From: Mayamaea pseudoterrestris
Lineage: Eukaryota
Length of the DNA: 64,000 bases
Direction: 5' to 3'
NCBI GenBank assembly: GCA_027923505.1
Contig: BROI01000033.1
Location: forward strand, 62,001-126,000
A program made the position numbers and the translations under genes. Within the stretch, counting starts at the first letter, position 1, and the number at the start of each line of letters is the position of its first letter. Shown piece after piece: positions 60,810-64,000 of the stretch. The notes under the pieces are model-generated. The model was not told where the DNA came from, ran no database searches, and was given only the letters and a program-made list of their open reading frames with translations.

Positions 60810-61571
60810 GGAGCAACAAAAATGAACCACGATGGAAAGGCTATCGGTATGTGTGTACTTGGTCGGCTCGGTGCGAGATAAGATGATGAATTGATGGACC
60901 AGCTTGCAAATGTCGCTCAGTGTGGCGGGTGATTCAAATTCGATATCGTGAGTCAAGCTCTTGTACTGCGTACTTATCCGATAGAGCGACCGTAGAATAC
61001 TCTCAACGAAGAAATGTCTTCACAGTAAGAACGGCCTTTGCTCCATGGTCGATGGTCGATGCTTTTGAAAGTGAGTCAGTCGCGTCGAGCATGACGAGTC
61101 GTACCCGTTCTTGTTCTGGAATCGACGTCTTACTGGGACTTGCACGACTGACGTGACTTTCCTACGCTATTGCCCAAATCGTGATGACTGAAGGCATATC
61201 TTTGTGATCGTGCAAGCAATATTAACTCATTCCGTTGAGATAGCAATGACCTCATTCATTGTGTTGATCGTATTTCATGAATAATCAATGGGGAAGGGCA
61301 ATGATGAATGACCTTAATCGGTGGTCGCAAAATGGCTGCAGCATTGAAGTGGCTCAGGGGAGTTACCGGCTTTCCTTCATTGCCCTTCAACAAGTGGACA
61401 CCACGAGTAAGATTGATATGCCGGAAAGTGAACACGGGTGGCTGGGAAAGCACAGCCCTCAATCACTTTAGTCGCCCTTGCCATTTCAGAAATCCTGCCA
61501 CGCCCACAGGCCAGAGAGGAGAGAGCAGAGCAGCACTCACAAATCAAAATATTGCGAGTTCAAAGCAAATA

Positions 61572-62741
61572 ATGACGGCCACCACGAGACAAGAGGAGAT
61601 TCTGCATCAGGGCCCAGCCCTTCGCAATGCCCAGCGACCCTTTCGCCATCCACTGCTAAAGACAAAGTCGCTTCCAAGCTTGCCGCAGTTGCGAGCTGAC
61701 TTGCTCGATTCGAGCCTCCATTTGCATCACAAAGGTGACGATGATGACGATTCAATGAGCAGTTTAGAAGACACTGACGACTGGAGAAGCTCCGAAAGAC
61801 GCAGGCTTACTGGCTTATCCAAGCAAGATCCGAACGCGTGCAGACTGCTCCTCAGTCACGCTCAAAAGACAAGCCTGGAGAACTCCTGTAGCAACCTCAA
61901 CTTATCGAAGGATGCCCCAGCTATGCCATTTCGAAAGAGGAGTCTGTTAAAGTCAGAGCAAGCCAATATGGATGAAGCCATAGAGCGTCTCCAGCGACTT
62001 TCCATGAGCGCGCCAAATTTGCGCTACAGCATTTCCAATTTAGATCTCGACCTTGAAGATGACAACGACGACGAAGACGCCAATAACACCAACCACACTG
62101 TCGTAACTCCAACCCGGCGCCGCAACCCGGACCATGATGAACGCGACTCGACCAAGAGTCCACGCACTGTCTACAGCGACGACACTAATGCGGGTGAGCC
62201 CCGCGTCTTGTTGAGCAAGCAGCAGACGCGGTCCTTCTCTCGCCGAGAGCGGCTCGAACAAAATCGAAGCACCAGCCCAAATTCCAGGCGCAACCAGCGG
62301 GCCAAGTCAGATGGCGGCTGCTCCACTGGTGGGATGAAACGTCGAGCTCGGGTCCGCGTCGTGCGTGCCATGAGCACGGAACGCATTCCAGACAAGGATG
62401 GCAAGGTTTTGCTATTTGAACCGGACGAAGATTCACCGACATCAAAAGATGACACTGGAGACGACACTAACAGCAAGAAACCTGTTCTTGAGAGACGTTC
62501 ATCCACCAAGCGCCCAGGTAGCAGACGACCAAGCGCCGTTGAGCGCAATCCCCTGGTGCGATCAGACAGCAAGACGCGAACCAGCACCAGTCCCTTTCGC
62601 GCGAGGCTACAAATCTCACGTCAAAAGCTAATTGAAAAGCTGACAGACGCCGGCGTTGCCGCTGACCAGCACGAGGAAATGATGAACAAAATGGGGTTTG
62701 GTTCGGATATGATTGAGTTGAATCAAAGTGCCGAGTTTTAG
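61572..62741 (+). CDS. hypothetical low-complexity/disordered protein
   Basis: ~390-aa ATG-started ORF, Ser/Arg/Asp-rich, with a diatom-typical P.MP.RKRS motif. Confidence 0.55.
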   Translation: MTATTRQEEILHQGPALRNAQRPFRHPLLKTKSLPSLPQLRADLLDSSLHLHHKGDDDDDSMSSLEDTDDWRSSERRRLTGLSKQDPNACRLLLSHAQKTSLENSCSNLNLSKDAPAMPFRKRSLLKSEQANMDEAIERLQRLSMSAPNLRYSISNLDLDLEDDNDDEDANNTNHTVVTPTRRRNPDHDERDSTKSPRTVYSDDTNAGEPRVLLSKQQTRSFSRRERLEQNRSTSPNSRRNQRAKSDGGCSTGGMKRRARVRVVRAMSTERIPDKDGKVLLFEPDEDSPTSKDDTGDDTNSKKPVLERRSSTKRPGSRRPSAVERNPLVRSDSKTRTSTSPFRARLQISRQKLIEKLTDAGVAADQHEEMMNKMGFGSDMIELNQSAEF

Positions 62742-62936
62742 GCGTTGGCTGCATTGGGTGCTCAACTACGACAACAGACCGCAATAGCTATAATTTTCTT
62801 CGTGATGTGAGCAGCCACTTGCTGAAGCGTAAGTTAAGAACAAAAATTCTACGTTCCATTCATTGAGTGTAGAATATGTTTATAAAATAAAAGAGCCTTA
62901 CATGCTAACGTACTAGAGGCTGTAACATACATAAAA

Positions 62937-63610
62937 GTAAGTTCTCACCAGTCACATTACAGTCTACTGAGACACCAACCAGGCATACCATCTTCAAACG
63001 CAGACTAAAAAATGATGTTGGCATTATTCTGGTGTGATTTGGGTGAATACATGGCATGTTATATGGGCAATTGAATGACAAGGCATCTGTGGGCTGAGAC
63101 AAGTGAGAAGTTCTCACCAATCACATTGCAGTCTACTTATTTAACTACCGGGCATACCATCTTGTAGCTCAGACTGAATAATGATGTTGGCACCATTCTG
63201 GTGTGGTTTAGGTGTATACATGGCATGTTATATGGGCAATTGAATGACAAGGCATCTGTGGGCTGAGACTGGTGAGAAGTTCTCACCAGTCACATTGCAG
63301 TCTCCAAAAACACACCATGCCCTCCATCGTGTAGCGCAGCCTGTAAAATGATCTTGGCATCATTCTGGTGTAATTTGGGCACCTACAGGGCATGCTGAAG
63401 GGGCGTTTGAATGTCATGGCATCTGCGGGCTGAGACTGGTGACAAGTTGTCACCAGAAACATTGCCATCCCCTGAGACACCAACCAAGCCTACCATCCTG
63501 TAGCGCAGCTGGAATAATGATGTTGGTACCATTCTGGTGAATTTTGGGCACCTACAGGGCTTGCTGTAGGATCGTTTGAATGTCATGGCATCTGTGGGCT
63601 GAGACTGGTG
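62937..63610 (-). repeat. dispersed array of satellite family A (A2 subfamily, inverted), ~4 copies
   Basis: GTT(C/G)TCACCA anchors at 62941, 63110, 63279, 63446 (169, 169, 167 bp); matches 34755-35115. Confidence 0.93.
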
Positions 63611-64000
63611 TTGCAGGATGCGAACGAAAACAGCGAAAATCGGGCAAGTCACACCGAATGTCCGATAGGGTGACACAGCGGCACTCGCGGCTCACCACAG
63701 CCTCACGATCGCGTGATGCGTGGCAGCGACGGCTTCGAAGCGATTCAACAAGTATATTGCTGAAACTAGTGCGATATAGAGTAGAAACAAGCAGACTTAC
63801 TAAGCTTGAAGAGTTAAGAAAGCGATTTATTCGTCTCTCGTATTGTAGCAACTGCAAGCTTGGATTGGCCATCCAAGGACAGCTACAAGCGAAAGGTGCA
63901 ACGATTTGATTTACAAGTTACAAGATTAACACTGTCTTGAGACTCATTGCCTCGGCATAGAGACTTTATCGACGAAGAGTACTATTGATTTACGAAGTAA

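Overview
Eukaryotic nuclear DNA, most likely from a pennate diatom. This is an inference from compact genes with short GT-AG introns, bipartite signal+'SF' plastid-type leaders, an HA-domain protein and other diatom-type families. About 25 protein genes are supported: MutS2, HA-domain protein, two SGNH-like paralogs, zuotin/DNAJC2, a family-6 UDG-superfamily glycosylase, a stand-alone lipoyl protein, DNAJA, ATP-PFK, FkbM, 2OG-oxygenase-TPR, OGDH E1, a METTL21-like methyltransferase, G-beta, a type II membrane kinase and UGGT, plus two identical tRNA-Asp(GTC). The standout is a ~10.8 kb gene-free composite satellite island (25825-36625) built from three repeat families with nucleosome-sized monomers: A at 169 bp, B at 356 bp (170+186) and C at ~165-187 bp. 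A and B monomers each carry an odd (1-nt-centre) palindrome whose arms co-vary between monomer types, the island is visibly CpG-depleted, and family A recurs ~27 kb away at 62937-63610. Two genes also contain a single in-frame TAG, at least one at an apparent Trp position. All assignments come from reading motifs by eye; no searches were run.
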